The notes under the pieces were generated by a model that saw nothing but the letters and a program-made list of their open reading frames with translations, ran no database searches and had not been told where the DNA came from. The position numbers and the translations under genes were made by a program. Of a stretch of 64,000 nucleotides of DNA, positions 9,861 to 21,407 are shown one piece after another; within the stretch, counting starts at the first letter, position 1, and every line of letters starts with the position of its first letter. The stretch is from an uncultured delta proteobacterium (lineage in GTDB: Bacteria; Desulfobacterota; Binatia; UBA9968): NCBI GenBank assembly GCA_963728565.1, contig CAVSLC010000005.1, positions 32,001-96,000 on the forward strand, read 5' to 3'.

Positions 9861-10925
9861 ATGAGAAAGAATCGCTTTCCTGTGATCGACGGCGACGGTC
9901 ATGTCACGGAACGGAGCAAGGAGATTTTGGACTTTCTCGGCGGCAACTACCGGGGCACCAGCAAGGACCAGAGCTGGGCCGACACGTTCTCGCCTTTTCC
10001 GTCCTTGGATGGCTGGGCGCGCCTGTCGGGCATGAGCTCGCCGGGGTTGCGCGATTATCCAGATTGCGACACCTGGATCTCGTTTCTCGATGAATGCGGC
10101 ATACAAACGACCATCGTCTATCCGACGGCCGCTCTCGCCTTCGGTTTGATTCAGGATCCCGCCTGGGCGGTGGACATCGCCCGCGCTTACAATTCTTGGC
10201 TGCACGCGAGTTATACAAAGCGAACTTCCCGGATCCTCGGCGCGGCGCTGATCCCGATCCACGATGTTCCCGCCGCCGTCAAGGAGCTCCGCCGCGTCAA
10301 AGAAGAACTGGGCATGCCGGCGGCGATGCTGCCGTCGGTCACCAACCTGCGCAAAGGCTACGGTCACGAGAGTTTCTTTCCGATTTACGAAGAAGCGTGC
10401 CGCCTCGACATGCCCTTGGCGGTTCACGGCGCGCCAAGCCGCGGTTTGGGCTTTGATTTTTTTGAGACCTTCGCCGAAGTTCATGCCTTGGAGCATCCGC
10501 TGCCGCTGATGATCCAGCTTACCAATATGATTTTTCAGGGTGTATTCGAGCTTTACCCGGAACTGCGGGTCGCTTATCTCGAGGCCGGCTGCGGCTGGAT
10601 TCCATTTATGATGGACCGGCTCGACGAAGACTTTGAAAGACGCGGTAAAAAGTGGGCGCCGAGACTGAAGCGCGCGCCCAGCGAATATATCGCCGGCGGT
10701 GCGGTCTACGTTTCTTTGGAATCCGAGGAGCGCACATTGCCCTATGTACTAGAGCTGTTTGGCGAGGATCACATCTTTTTCGCCTCCGACTATCCCCACG
10801 AACGTCAACGGTCGCAGTATCTCGAGGATATCCCTGGCATCGAAGCTCGCGCCGATATCTCGGATTCGGCAAAGCGAAAAATTCTCGCCGAGAACGCCAA
10901 GCGCTTCTACCGCCTGTCGAGCTGA
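9861..10925 (+). CDS. Amidohydrolase_2 family protein (decarboxylase/hydratase-like)
   Basis: VIDGDGH, AVHG, LEAGCGW and FASDYPH motifs; ENAKRFY end. Confidence 0.88.
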   Translation: MRKNRFPVIDGDGHVTERSKEILDFLGGNYRGTSKDQSWADTFSPFPSLDGWARLSGMSSPGLRDYPDCDTWISFLDECGIQTTIVYPTAALAFGLIQDPAWAVDIARAYNSWLHASYTKRTSRILGAALIPIHDVPAAVKELRRVKEELGMPAAMLPSVTNLRKGYGHESFFPIYEEACRLDMPLAVHGAPSRGLGFDFFETFAEVHALEHPLPLMIQLTNMIFQGVFELYPELRVAYLEAGCGWIPFMMDRLDEDFERRGKKWAPRLKRAPSEYIAGGAVYVSLESEERTLPYVLELFGEDHIFFASDYPHERQRSQYLEDIPGIEARADISDSAKRKILAENAKRFYRLSS

Positions 10926-10954
10926 ATATTTGCTGGCGAAAGGGAGGACCGACG

Positions 10955-11998
10955 ATGAAATTTATAACCATCGGTTTGCCAATCCTGTTGGCGAGTAGTT
11001 TTTTTGTGCTGCCGCAATGGCAAACCGGCGCAGGTGCGGCTGCCAAGCTCCAGTGCGGCCCGACCGCTAATACCAGTAACGATCTGCCGCGGACGATTGC
11101 GATTGCTTCCAATCTGGCGGGAACCGGCGCCCATGCCTTAGCTTCGGGATTGTCGGCAGTGGCCAGCAGGGCGACGCCAATCGCTGCCAAAGTTCAACCC
11201 TATAACGGCCCGAACGCTTGGATGCCGCTGATGGAAAATGGCGAGGTCGAATTTGGCATCATCAACATCCTCGATTCGCACATGGCCGTGACCGGAACCG
11301 GCAACTATAAGAAGTCTTACCCAATGCTTCGCGTGGTCTCCGGCGGTGTGTTTCCCTTTACCGGCAGTATCATGGTGCGTGACAAATCCGAGATCAAACA
11401 GCCGAGCGATCTAAAGGGGAAACGAATGGCATGGGATTTCGGCGGCCATGCCATTACCCAGACCTGGCAAAACGCCGCCATGGAAGTCAGCGGCATAAAG
11501 CCCAGCGATGTTGTCCAGGTTCGTTTTTCCAACCTCAACGACGCCATTCGCGCCGTTCCCGAGGGCAGAGTCGACGCGACTTTTGCTGCCATCGGCATCG
11601 GCATCAACGAAGAAGTAAACGCGATGGAGCCGATCCGATTCCTTAGCCTTCCCAATACCGACGCATCCAATAAAATCCTGTCAAAATATGGCGGATCGAT
11701 TGTGAAGCAGGATCCGACGGCCGGCATTCGCGGCGACACCCACGTCATCGGTTATCCGCTTCATCTTGCCAGCTCGACCAAGGTAAACGATAGAACCGTG
11801 TCGACGCTTCTCAAAGCCTGGTGGGACAATCTCGCTGAACTGCAGACAATCCACCCGCAGTTCAAGAAGTGGACCAAAGACGTCCAGGCAATCACCAATT
11901 TCACGATCCCGTATCATTCGGGGGCGGTTAAGTTCTACAAAGAGGCGGGCGTTTGGACGGAAAAGCATGACCTTCGCGCCAAGGAGATTTGCAGTTGA
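10955..11998 (+). CDS. TAXI family TRAP solute-binding protein (copy 1)
   Basis: GGAGG RBS; signal peptide; SDLKGKR and PYHSGAVKFYKEAGVW. Confidence 0.85.
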   Translation: MKFITIGLPILLASSFFVLPQWQTGAGAAAKLQCGPTANTSNDLPRTIAIASNLAGTGAHALASGLSAVASRATPIAAKVQPYNGPNAWMPLMENGEVEFGIINILDSHMAVTGTGNYKKSYPMLRVVSGGVFPFTGSIMVRDKSEIKQPSDLKGKRMAWDFGGHAITQTWQNAAMEVSGIKPSDVVQVRFSNLNDAIRAVPEGRVDATFAAIGIGINEEVNAMEPIRFLSLPNTDASNKILSKYGGSIVKQDPTAGIRGDTHVIGYPLHLASSTKVNDRTVSTLLKAWWDNLAELQTIHPQFKKWTKDVQAITNFTIPYHSGAVKFYKEAGVWTEKHDLRAKEICS

Positions 11999-12030
11999 TT
12001 GGATCTACAGTTCACAAGAGAAGGGGGAGC

Positions 12031-13080
12031 ATGAAAGCAAAATTTCTATTCAAACGATTGCTGGCGTTTACTACGGTGACACTGCTGTCGTTTCCGCAAG
12101 CACAATTGATCGGGATTGCCGAGGCCAAGCTCGCCTGCGGTCCGACAAGCAATAAAGGCAGCGATTTACCGCGCACCGTGGCGATAGCGGCAAATCCGGC
12201 GGGAACCGGAGCCCATGCGCTCGCCTCCGGTCTTGCAGCAGTGGCTAGCAAAGTCACTCAGGTATCGGCAAAAGTTCAGCCCTATAACGGTCCCAATGCA
12301 TGGATGCCATTATTGGAGAGTGGCGAGGTGGAATTCGGCATCATCAACATTCTCGATTCGTACATGGCAGCCACCGGAAGCGGCAACTATAAAAAAGCTT
12401 ATCCGACCATCCGTGTCGTTGCCGGCGGTGTCTTTCCGTTTACCGCGGGACTTATAGTGCGCGACAACTCTGAGATCAAACAGATCAGCGATCTCAAAGG
12501 AAAGCGAATGGCGTGGGACTACGGCGGGCACGCGATCAATCAAACCTGGCAGCTGGCGATAATGGAAGCAGGCGGGCTGAAACCCTCGGATGTCGTTCAG
12601 GTGAGAGTCTCGAACCTCAACGATGGCATCCGCGGCGTGCCCGAGGGCAAAGTTGATGCTGCGTTTACCGCCGTCGGCATCGGCATCAACGAAGAGGCCA
12701 ATGCGATGGAGCCGATCCGATTTCTTGGCTTACGTAATATCGAGGGCGCCAACAAAATTCTCGCCAAGTACGGCGCCTCAGTGGTCAAGTCCGAACCGGC
12801 GGCGGGCATCAAAGGTGACACGTACGTCATCGGCTATCCGCTTCACGTAGTCAGTTCGACCCAGGTAAACGACCGGACGATCTCGGTGATGCTCAAGGCC
12901 TGGTGGGACAATTTGCCGGAGCTGGAAACGATTCATCCTCTATTCAAGAAATGGAAGAAGGAGCATCAGGCGCTTACGAATTACACCGTGCCGTATCATT
13001 CCGCAGCGGTAAAATTCTACCAAGAGGCGGGCGTTTGGTCGGCTAAACAGGAGGCGCGCGCAAAAGAGATCTGCAGTTGA
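12031..13080 (+). CDS. TAXI family TRAP solute-binding protein (copy 2)
   Basis: Colinear paralog of copy 1; PYHSAAVKFYQEAGVW. Confidence 0.85.
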   Translation: MKAKFLFKRLLAFTTVTLLSFPQAQLIGIAEAKLACGPTSNKGSDLPRTVAIAANPAGTGAHALASGLAAVASKVTQVSAKVQPYNGPNAWMPLLESGEVEFGIINILDSYMAATGSGNYKKAYPTIRVVAGGVFPFTAGLIVRDNSEIKQISDLKGKRMAWDYGGHAINQTWQLAIMEAGGLKPSDVVQVRVSNLNDGIRGVPEGKVDAAFTAVGIGINEEANAMEPIRFLGLRNIEGANKILAKYGASVVKSEPAAGIKGDTYVIGYPLHVVSSTQVNDRTISVMLKAWWDNLPELETIHPLFKKWKKEHQALTNYTVPYHSAAVKFYQEAGVWSAKQEARAKEICS

Positions 13081-13203
13081 AAATTTTTGCGCACCGTCCT
13101 AACGTGACAGGCCGCTATGACTCTCCAGATAATAGTCATAGTCACTCAAACAGAGTTCATTGGAGCTTGACGAAAGGCCCTCAAACATGACGAGGAGAAT
13201 TGA

Positions 13204-15171
13204 GTGGAGATTGAAGAAAATGTTCGCTCACGTGAGTTGAGCGGGCTTGCCGGTTGGGCGACCCAGGCTCTTCTGATCGCGATTCCCCTCTCAGGCATGT
13301 TCTTTTTGCTCGATGTGCCGCAGCGCTTCGATTGGCAGGTCTTTCATGAGCAGTACATCGGGCTCTTTCTCGCGTTGAGTCTCGGCGCGATTTTTCTGCT
13401 GATTCCCGGTTCAAAACGACACGTTCAGCGGATTCCATGGTACGACGCGCTGGCAGCGGCCCTCGGATTGTTCGTCGGCTTGTACGTCTTCGTTAAGTTC
13501 CCGGAAATCTCCAACACTTTAGGCGACATTTATACCGAGCGGGTGATTTTGGGGGCGATCACCGTGATTCTGCTTGCCGAGGCATGCCGGCGCCTGGTGG
13601 GCTGGCCTCTCGTCATCATTGCCGGCGTTTTTATTTTCTATGCGTTCTTCGCTTACTTGTTTCCAGGCGATTTCTACGGTCGCGGCTGGTCCATCGGCCG
13701 GCTCGCAACCTATTTATATCTCGATGCCAACGGCATCATCGGCCAGCCCCTGCAGATCGGCGCCAGTATCGTGCTGGTGTTCGTTCTGTTCGGCGAGGCG
13801 CTTTATGCCATAGGCGGCGCCGCCTTCCTCAGCGATTTTGCTTTGGCTGTGATGGGTCGCTTTCGCGGCGGCCAGGCAAAGATCGCCATTGTTTCCTCGA
13901 GTTTGTTCGGCAACATCAGCGGCAGCGCGGTCGCCAACGTCGTGGTTGACGGCGCGTTCACTATTCCGATGATGAAAAAAGCCGGCTACCCGGCGCCGGT
14001 TGCGGCAGCAATCGAGGCGGTTGCTTCCACTGGCGGGCAGATCATGCCGCCTGTGATGGGAGCCGCGGCATTCCTGATCGCCGAGTATTTGGCGATTCCA
14101 TACGCGCAGGTGGCGCTGGCGGCTCTGGTGCCGGCTTTGCTTTATTACATCATGCTATTTATTCAGGTTGATCTGCTTGCTGCGCGCAATGGCATTTACG
14201 GTTTGCCGGGCGCCGAGTTACCCCGATTGTTGCCGGTGCTGCGGCGCTCCGCCGGCTTCGTCGTGCCGCTTACAGTTCTGATCATCTGGATGTTCTTCTT
14301 AAACCGCCGGCCCGAAGAGGCGGGGCTGTTGGCGGTAGCTCCGCGCTCGCGGTCGGCTTTCTCACTCCCGGCGTAAAGCTCGGTCCCCGCGAGCTGCTGA
14401 ATATTCTGATCAATACCGGGCGGGACATGCTGGAAATCGCCGCCATCACCGGTCTCGCCGGCGTCGTCATCGGGGTGCTCCAGCTCACCGGTCTCGGGTT
14501 TACCTTGACATTGACTCTACTGAATGTCGGACAGAACAGCGCTATCCTGCTGCTGGTGCTGACCGCGATCGTCAGTATCGTTCTGGGGATGGGCATGCCG
14601 ACCACGGCGGTGTACGTGTTGCTGGCGGTGCTGGTCGCTCCGGGGCTTTCCAAATTAGGCATTTTGCCCATCGCCGCTCATCTGTTCATTTTTTATTTTG
14701 GCATGCTGAGCATGGTCACGCCGCCAGTGTGTCTGGCGAGTTATGCGGCTGCATCCATTGGCAAGACCGATCCGGTCAGAACCGGGTGGGAAGCGATGCG
14801 GCTTTGCGCCATCGCTTACGTCGTCCCGTTTCTGTTTGTCTTCTCGCCTCGCTGTTGCTGATCGGCATCTGGTATGCAGTTGCGATTTCTATCGCCACGG
14901 CTATTTTCGGCGCAGTTCTTTTGGGAATCGGCTTGGTCGGTTATTTATTTAGCCCTGATCGGCGTTCTTAAGCGGCTTCTTTTCCTCGTTGCTGCGGCGG
15001 GCTTACTTATTCCCGTGGTCGAGACCGGAACTTATGCGAATCTCACTTGGGCCGATCAATGCAGGGGGTTTGTTACTCGCCATAATTATGGTTGCCATCG
15101 AGTGGCTCGCGCGCCCGCGCCGGCAGCAATCGAAAATCGCCGCGGCAGCGAAGGCTTCCGTCCGCGGCTGA
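13204..15171 (+). CDS. TRAP transporter fused (4TM/12TM) permease; several frameshifts (~14345, ~14850, ~14950, ~15055)
   Basis: ISGSAVANV, EAVASTGGQIMPPVMGAAAF, LGMGMPTTAVY and TPPVCLA motifs. Confidence 0.88.
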
Positions 15172-15227
15172 TGCCCTCTGAAGACGAATATCCGAAGACG
15201 ATATAACTGACTCTACTTTTTAGAGCG

Positions 15228-15839
15228 CTACTGAATGACGACACTCTCGCCAGGACGCACGGAAATCTCCCGGATCTTTGACGGAAGATCGAATGGCGCA
15301 TCGATGTCGAAGCCCTTCGGATTTTGCGGCGTACGCGAGAAAAAGCCGATAAGCTCCTGTAACAGCGGCTTAGGCAAGGGCACTCCACCGATGTCAGCCG
15401 AGCGCAAATACAATTGCCCTCTCCCTTCGCGGGTCCGCAAGAGACCTCGGGCATTTAAAGGGACTTGGCCTGATAAGTAGTTAAGCGGATCAATCACGCT
15501 GCGCGACTGGCGGCGCCGCTTGACTTCATCCATGTCGACCAGCACCCGGGCAGCAAGCGCGCCATCGCCAATCATTGTGATCTCTGGCTCGGCCAAACCT
15601 TTGGGGATTTTTTCCTTTAGATTGAAAACCAGGTACGAGTTAGCCTCCTGTTCGGCGATGGAAAATTCCCTAGGTTTCGGCGGAGTGGCAGCGGCATTTT
15701 TCACAATCGCATCGATTTTGGCCTGCAGGCGGTTGCCGTCCTCTTGCGACAGCGCCACCGCCAAGCTGGTCGAAGCGCATAGGGTGAAGAGAAAGATAGC
15801 CCATAAGTTGCTGCTCCAGATTTTTTTCATCACCAACAT
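15228..15839 (-). CDS. Hypothetical secreted protein
   Basis: 203 aa ORF with an N-terminal signal-like segment; no family confidently recognised. Confidence 0.65.
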   Translation of the reverse strand: MLVMKKIWSSNLWAIFLFTLCASTSLAVALSQEDGNRLQAKIDAIVKNAAATPPKPREFSIAEQEANSYLVFNLKEKIPKGLAEPEITMIGDGALAARVLVDMDEVKRRRQSRSVIDPLNYLSGQVPLNARGLLRTREGRGQLYLRSADIGGVPLPKPLLQELIGFFSRTPQNPKGFDIDAPFDLPSKIREISVRPGESVVIQ

Positions 15840-15988
15840 CGTAGCAGGTTACGATTTGATGGTAAGCCGCACAAGAGAGCCCGTCAGCCGAGGATGCGAT
15901 TTCGCCAGAAACTGGCCGATCAAGGCGAGCCTTGCAAATTAGACCGGGCCATAGTTAATTTGAAATCTCACCACAGTAGGAGAGATCG

Positions 15989-17662
15989 ATGGCAGAGAAT
16001 TTAAAGCCTCGTAGTCATGTCATCACCGATGGACCGGACCGCGCGCCGACCCGCGCCATGCTTAAAGCGGTCGGCTTTACCGATGATGACCTGGCGCGAC
16101 CGATTGTCGGCGTCGCCAACACCTGGATCGAGATCGGGCCGTGCAATTTCCACTTGCGCCGACTGGCCGCCAAAGTGAAGGAGGGGATTCGCGCCGCCGG
16201 CGCCACGCCGATGGAGTTCAACACCGTCTCCATCTCCGATGGGATCAGCATGGGTGCCGAAGGCATGAAATGCTCCTTGATCAGCCGCGAAGTGATCGCC
16301 GATTCGATCGAGCTGGTCGCCCGGGGTAACCATTTCGATGCATTGGTATGCTTATCGGGCTGCGATAAAACCAATCCAGGCGTGGTCATGGCGCTGGCGC
16401 GCCTCGATATTCCCGGCCTGGCTCTCTACGGCGGCTCGATTGCGCCGGGCCGTCTCGGCGACCGTGATTTGACGATTCAAGATGTCTTCGAGGCCGTGGG
16501 CGCGTACAGCAGCGGCCGCATCAAAGAAGAGCAATTCAAATCGGTCGAGAATACCGCATGTCCCGGCGCAGGAGCGTGTGGCGGCCAGTTTACCGCCAAC
16601 ACCATGTCGACGGTGATGGAGTTTCTCGGGATTTCGCCAATGGGCAGCAACGGCATTCCAGCCACCGCCGCTGAGAAGGATGAAGCGGCATTCAACGCCG
16701 GTAAGCTGATTGTCGAGCTTTTGCGACGCGATCTGCGGCCGTCGCAGATTCTCACCCGCAAATCGATCGAGAATGCGATCGCCTCTGTTGCCGCCACCGG
16801 CGGCTCGACCAACGCGGTCTTGCACCTCCTGGCGATTGCACGCGAAGCCGGTATCGAATTGAACATCGACGATTTCGACCGTATCAGCGCGCGCACGCCG
16901 CTGATCGCCGATCTCAAACCAGGTGGCCGTTTCGTTGCTAACGATCTGTACAAAGCAGGCGGCATCCAGCTGGTTGCGAAACGGCTGATGGAAGCGGGGC
17001 TGATCCATGGGGACACACTCACAGTCACCGGTAAAACGATCAAAGAGGCCGCGCAAGACGTCAAAGAGTCTTTCGGACAAGAAGTTGTGCGACCGATGGT
17101 TAATCCGCTCAAGCCCACTGGCGGATTGGTTATTCTAAAGGGTAATTTAGCCCCCGAAGGTTGCGTCGTGAAAGTCGCCGGACACGAGAGATTGATTCAT
17201 AGAGGCCCGGCTCGCGTATTCGATCGCGAGGAGGATGCTTTCGCGGCAGTGCAAAAGGGACAAATCAAAGCGGAGGATGTGATTGTCATTCGCTACGAAG
17301 GGCCCAAGGGCGGTCCTGGAATGCGCGAGATGCTCGGGGTCACAGCAGCGCTGGTCGGCGCCGGGTTGGGCGATTCGGTAGCGCTCCTCACCGATGGGCG
17401 TTTCTCCGGGGCTACTCATGGGCTGATGGCCGGGCACGTTGCTCCGGAAGCTGCCCAGGGCGGTCCGATTGCCGCGCTCCGCGACGGCGACACGATTGTT
17501 TTCGACATCGCCGCACGGCGTCTCGATGTGCACATTTCAGAGGAAGAAATGAACGCGCGTTTACGCCAATGGAAGCCGCCGGCGCCGCGATACACTACCG
17601 GCGTCATGGCAAAATACGCCAAGCTCGTTTCCTCCGCGTCCCAAGGAGCTGTTACGCTCTAA
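15989..17662 (+). CDS. ilvD: Dihydroxy-acid dehydratase
   Basis: [45 protein letters not shown] and TDGRFSG motifs. Confidence 0.95.
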   Translation: MAENLKPRSHVITDGPDRAPTRAMLKAVGFTDDDLARPIVGVANTWIEIGPCNFHLRRLAAKVKEGIRAAGATPMEFNTVSISDGISMGAEGMKCSLISREVIADSIELVARGNHFDALVCLSGCDKTNPGVVMALARLDIPGLALYGGSIAPGRLGDRDLTIQDVFEAVGAYSSGRIKEEQFKSVENTACPGAGACGGQFTANTMSTVMEFLGISPMGSNGIPATAAEKDEAAFNAGKLIVELLRRDLRPSQILTRKSIENAIASVAATGGSTNAVLHLLAIAREAGIELNIDDFDRISARTPLIADLKPGGRFVANDLYKAGGIQLVAKRLMEAGLIHGDTLTVTGKTIKEAAQDVKESFGQEVVRPMVNPLKPTGGLVILKGNLAPEGCVVKVAGHERLIHRGPARVFDREEDAFAAVQKGQIKAEDVIVIRYEGPKGGPGMREMLGVTAALVGAGLGDSVALLTDGRFSGATHGLMAGHVAPEAAQGGPIAALRDGDTIVFDIAARRLDVHISEEEMNARLRQWKPPAPRYTTGVMAKYAKLVSSASQGAVTL

Positions 17663-17691
17663 AAAGAACAGGCCGGCGGGAAGAAGGTAAT

Positions 17692-17991
17692 ATGGCGGAA
17701 TGGACTCTATGGGCGACAGTGTTCACTTTAGGCATCGCCCTGGCAATCGTGTCATTGTACCTTATCTGCCGTGAGCGCTTCGAAACCATGAATAATCGGA
17801 TTGCCACATTAGAGAAAGAGCTTGAATTGGCACGAGTGCGCGAGGAAGCAAACGAGAAGAACCTGAGCAAAATTCTCGACGCTGTGATGGAATTGCGCGG
17901 ATCCACCGAGAGTCACTTGGAGAATCTGCGCCATGGTTTGGATCAATTACGGGCGGAAAACTATTCGCAGCAATCTGTCGATGCCGCGTAA
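17692..17991 (+). CDS. Small protein with a single TM helix and coiled coil
   Basis: GAAGG upstream of the ATG; hydrophobic N-terminus followed by a heptad-rich region. Confidence 0.55.
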   Translation: MAEWTLWATVFTLGIALAIVSLYLICRERFETMNNRIATLEKELELARVREEANEKNLSKILDAVMELRGSTESHLENLRHGLDQLRAENYSQQSVDAA

Positions 17992-18214
17992 AAAGGGACA
18001 ACGAATATGCAGCTGCTGGATAAGTGGGTTCCCGCAAAGATTGCGGTTTAAAACTCTCGCCCTAAAGTCCCACTGATCGGCCGCAGGAACTTACAGCCGT
18101 AAGCTGAAGAGCAAACTCCCGACACGCGCTCGTGGAAAGTGGGTTCGTTTCAGCGAAGCGATCGCCAAACCGGGCGGCAAACTCTTCATTACCTATCTCT
18201 CGGCGCGCAACAAG

Positions 18215-18812
18215 TTATTTGGGCTGCGGTGTTTGTGCGGGTTTCGCCGGTGCCGCCGGTTTGGCTGGCTGCGGCGAGCTGGATGTCACTGAGGGTTGGA
18301 TATCGAGTATCTTGATATCAAAGAGAAGCGTCTTGCCGGCCATCGGATGGTTTAGATCCAGCACAACCGTTTTTTCTTTAATCTCGTGAACGCGCACCGG
18401 GATCTCTTGCCCATGCGGTCCTTTGGCGGCCAGGGTTGCGCCTACTTTCAAACCATTAGCCGGAATCTGTTCCTTGGGCACCTCTTGAAAAGCTTTCGAG
18501 TCGACCAGGCCATAGGCATCTTCAGGTTTAACTTTGACCCGTTTTTCGCCTCCTACCTTCATGCCGGTTAATTCTTTCTCAAGACCGGGAACAATTTGTT
18601 TAGCCGCCATGGGTATATTTGAGCGGATCTTTTCCTTTGTTCGATTCAATGAGCTTGCCGTCTTCCTCCGATAGCGAATATTGAAGGCTGACGACCGAGC
18701 CATCCTTCACCATTTTCTCCTGTTTGGATTTTTCTGCGGATCGAAGAATTGCCGGCGCCGCAACGCCGAGAATGGCCAGCGCCGCGGCCAGCGCCACTAA
18801 TTTCATGCGCAT
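18215..18812 (-). CDS. Exported SlyD-like FKBP peptidyl-prolyl isomerase; frameshift near 18603
   Basis: Signal peptide MRMKLVALAAALAIL; VSLQYSL...YTHG, QIVPGLE...PEDAYG, DLNHPMAGKTL; Pro/Ala tail and no His-rich tail. Confidence 0.85.
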
Positions 18813-19031
18813 GAATACTCCTCTTGATTGAACGACTGCGATCGAGCAGCTCAGGTCAGGGTATACATTGGAATTGCGGAACTCAACAAACCGGCGTTTT
18901 TCTGGTCCGTGGTCCGTCAAATGAACGATCCGCTCCTGTTCGCGCCATGCGCCAGTAAGTGCTATGTGATCGAAAAAGTCCTCGCGTTGAAACTCGTCGA
19001 CCGAGCTCATGCGGTGCATCAGAACGGCCGC

Positions 19032-20039
19032 TTAACTAACGCAGCGCGGAATCACCCGATCGCCCCATGCTTGCATGACCTGATCGTAAATGGCATTGGG
19101 CGGTGTCAGCAGCAATCGTTTGATTCCTGCCGCTTCCAGTGACTTGATGCGCCCGACGCACTCTTCAGGGGTGCCGGCGATGGTGAAACGCTGCAGCAGG
19201 TAGTCGGTGATTAAATCGGGATCGACCCGCTCTTCGATGGGTTTGGAGATATCAAATGCAGCCATGAATCTCTCCACTCCGGCACGTTCGTTTTCGGGTA
19301 CGGTCTCCATCGTGAAACGAAAATTATGGTGCGCCCGGTTGGCCATGCGCGAGCGCACCCGCTGGCGCGCCAGGTTGCCGTCATCGTCAACCACGATCAT
19401 TCCGGCCGGCATAATGTCGATTTCGGGTAGGGCTCGACCGGCGTCCTTGGCGCCTTCGCTAATCCGCGCCTGCGCCCACTCGAGTACTTGCGGGTCGAAG
19501 CCGGTGCCAAGAATGACTCCGTCGCAAACCCGGCCTGCCACCCTGAGGGTTTTCGGACCCTCCGCAGAAATGTAAATAGGCACTGGACGCCTGCCGGCTT
19601 TCAGCGCGACCCGACCGCCCGAAGCGCGCTCGCGGGTCCTCGGAACTTCTATGCCGCGGTCGTGCAGCAAATCGCGCATGGTTTGAAGCCCGTTTTCAAA
19701 ATCGACGAGCCGGGTGGCAGTCCGGCCTAGGCTGTAGACGGGGCCGTCGCCGGTGCCCATGCCGATAATCGCGCGCCCTTCGGAGATCTCATTCAAGGTT
19801 GCAAAACTATTCGCGGTTATAGTCGGATCGCGATAGACCATATTGGTAACCGCGGTGCCTAGACGGATTTTTTTCGTTGCCACGGCGCACATGGCCATCA
19901 CCTGATAGCAATCGACATTGTTCATATGGCTGTCGGCGAAGAAAATCGCCTCGAAGCCGAGATCTTCCGCTTTCTTTGCTCGTGTCACCGCCTCCCTGAT
20001 GGTGCGCGCTGAACCGTGCAAGCAAAAATTTATCGCCAT
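19032..20039 (-). CDS. LLM-class (luciferase-like) flavin-dependent oxidoreductase
   Basis: AEDLGFE..FADSH, LGTAVTN, GRAIIGMGTG, GPKTLRVAG and AGTPEEC motifs. Confidence 0.9.
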   Translation of the reverse strand: MAINFCLHGSARTIREAVTRAKKAEDLGFEAIFFADSHMNNVDCYQVMAMCAVATKKIRLGTAVTNMVYRDPTITANSFATLNEISEGRAIIGMGTGDGPVYSLGRTATRLVDFENGLQTMRDLLHDRGIEVPRTRERASGGRVALKAGRRPVPIYISAEGPKTLRVAGRVCDGVILGTGFDPQVLEWAQARISEGAKDAGRALPEIDIMPAGMIVVDDDGNLARQRVRSRMANRAHHNFRFTMETVPENERAGVERFMAAFDISKPIEERVDPDLITDYLLQRFTIAGTPEECVGRIKSLEAAGIKRLLLTPPNAIYDQVMQAWGDRVIPRCVS

Positions 20040-20120
20040 GGAGATATCCTTTCATAGTTAAGCGCAATAGCCGTTCGCCAAGTCTGAGCGCACTCGAGGA
20101 AAGCGTCAAGCCTGGGCTGC

Positions 20121-21372
20121 TTAGCTGCCGTCCTTGCCACTTGATGCACGAATGGATCGACAGACCGGATATTGCGAAACAGATCAGGCACAATGAGAAA
20201 GGCCATGCATACGAGCCGGTTGCGTCGAATAGGTAACCGCCGATCCATGCGCCCAAGGCGCTGCCCAAACCGAAGCTGATTTCCAAAAAGCCGAAGATCA
20301 GCCCTACCTTGTGTCCGGAGAAAATGTCGGCGATCACAGCGCCGTAGGTCGGATTGCCGGCGCTGTGGCCGATGCTGTAAAGAACCGCGGTGAGATAAGC
20401 ATACCAAAGCGGCGCGCCCAGCGGCATCGCAATCAAACCGGCGACGCCGATGATCGCCACGCTGGTGGCAATGCCGTAGGTCCGGTCTCGTCCCAGCTTG
20501 TCGGAAACCAAACCCCAGAGAACCGTACCGCCGATTCGTACAAAGCCGATCAGACCGGCCAGGAACGCTGCCATAAGCTTGTCATAGCCGACCACGACAT
20601 AGTGCGCGACGACGTGAGTATTGATCATGAAGAGCGCGGTGCCCAGCGCCAGGTGTCCTAGCGTGATGCACCAGAAGGGAAACGAAGCGGCGGCTTCACG
20701 TAACCTCCAGTCGCGCGCGCCGGGACGAGCTTTGCCATGGGCGCCGTGACTTTCCACGGGGGCGGCTGTGTCGCCATCGGGCAGTTGGCCGATATCCTGC
20801 GGGCTTCGCCGTTGCAGCAATGCGTTGGCAGGCATCACCGCGAGCAAAATCAAGCTTGCCATGACCAGGAAGGTGGAGCGCCAGCCAATCCGTGAAATCA
20901 AGAACTGGGTTAACGGAACCATGATGAGCGCGCCCACGCCTTGGCCCATGCTGGCGATGCCGATGGCGGTGGCGCGCCGGCGCACAAACCAAAAAGAGAT
21001 CAGCGCATTGTGGCCGACAAAGCCGAGCGCTCCCTGCCCGAGCGCGGCGATTAAGCCATAGGAGAAGTAGAAGTGCCATAAGGTGCCACCAAAGCTCGAG
21101 AGCAAAAGGCCGATGCCGACGAGCGCGCCGCCGAGCGGCATCAGAACGCGAGGTCCAAAACGATCAAACGCCAATCCGACCAGCGGCGCTGCCAGCGCGT
21201 AAACCAAGAAATTGACCGAGGCGATACTAGCGCCGTCGCTATGCGACCAGCCGAATTCTTCAAGTAAGGAGATATAGTAGACGCCGAACGAACCATTGAC
21301 GCCGCGCATCACCACCATATTGATGAAACACAAGGCGAGAATGACGTAGCCGTAAAAAAAATTTGTGCGCAT
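20121..21372 (-). CDS. MFS transporter; 3' end uncertain (the called ORF runs on to 19807, probably through an indel)
   Basis: FGWSHSD, GLAFDRFGPR, SDKLGRD, GGYLFDATGSY; an out-of-frame TAA lies at 20121-20123, right after the last TM helix. Confidence 0.82.
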
Positions 21373-21407
21373 CAGGTATGGCGGCACAGTGGAGGATGCC
21401 CAAGCCC

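Noticed and set aside
10652-10954. N-terminal extension of TAXI binding protein 1
   Set aside because: Overlaps the amidohydrolase; the RBS and signal peptide support the ATG at 10955
13116-13143. CTATGACT-N11-AGTCATAG inverted repeat before the TRAP permease
   Set aside because: A single short hairpin of the kind common after binding-protein genes; not enough to call an operator or terminator
18007-18051. 14-codon ORF MQLLDKWVPAKIAV after an AAGGGA sequence
   Set aside because: Too short and without further support
19807-20120. Long MFS C-terminal extension overlapping the LLM gene
   Set aside because: Sequence after the last TM is non-homologous and an out-of-frame TAA is nearby; likely an indel
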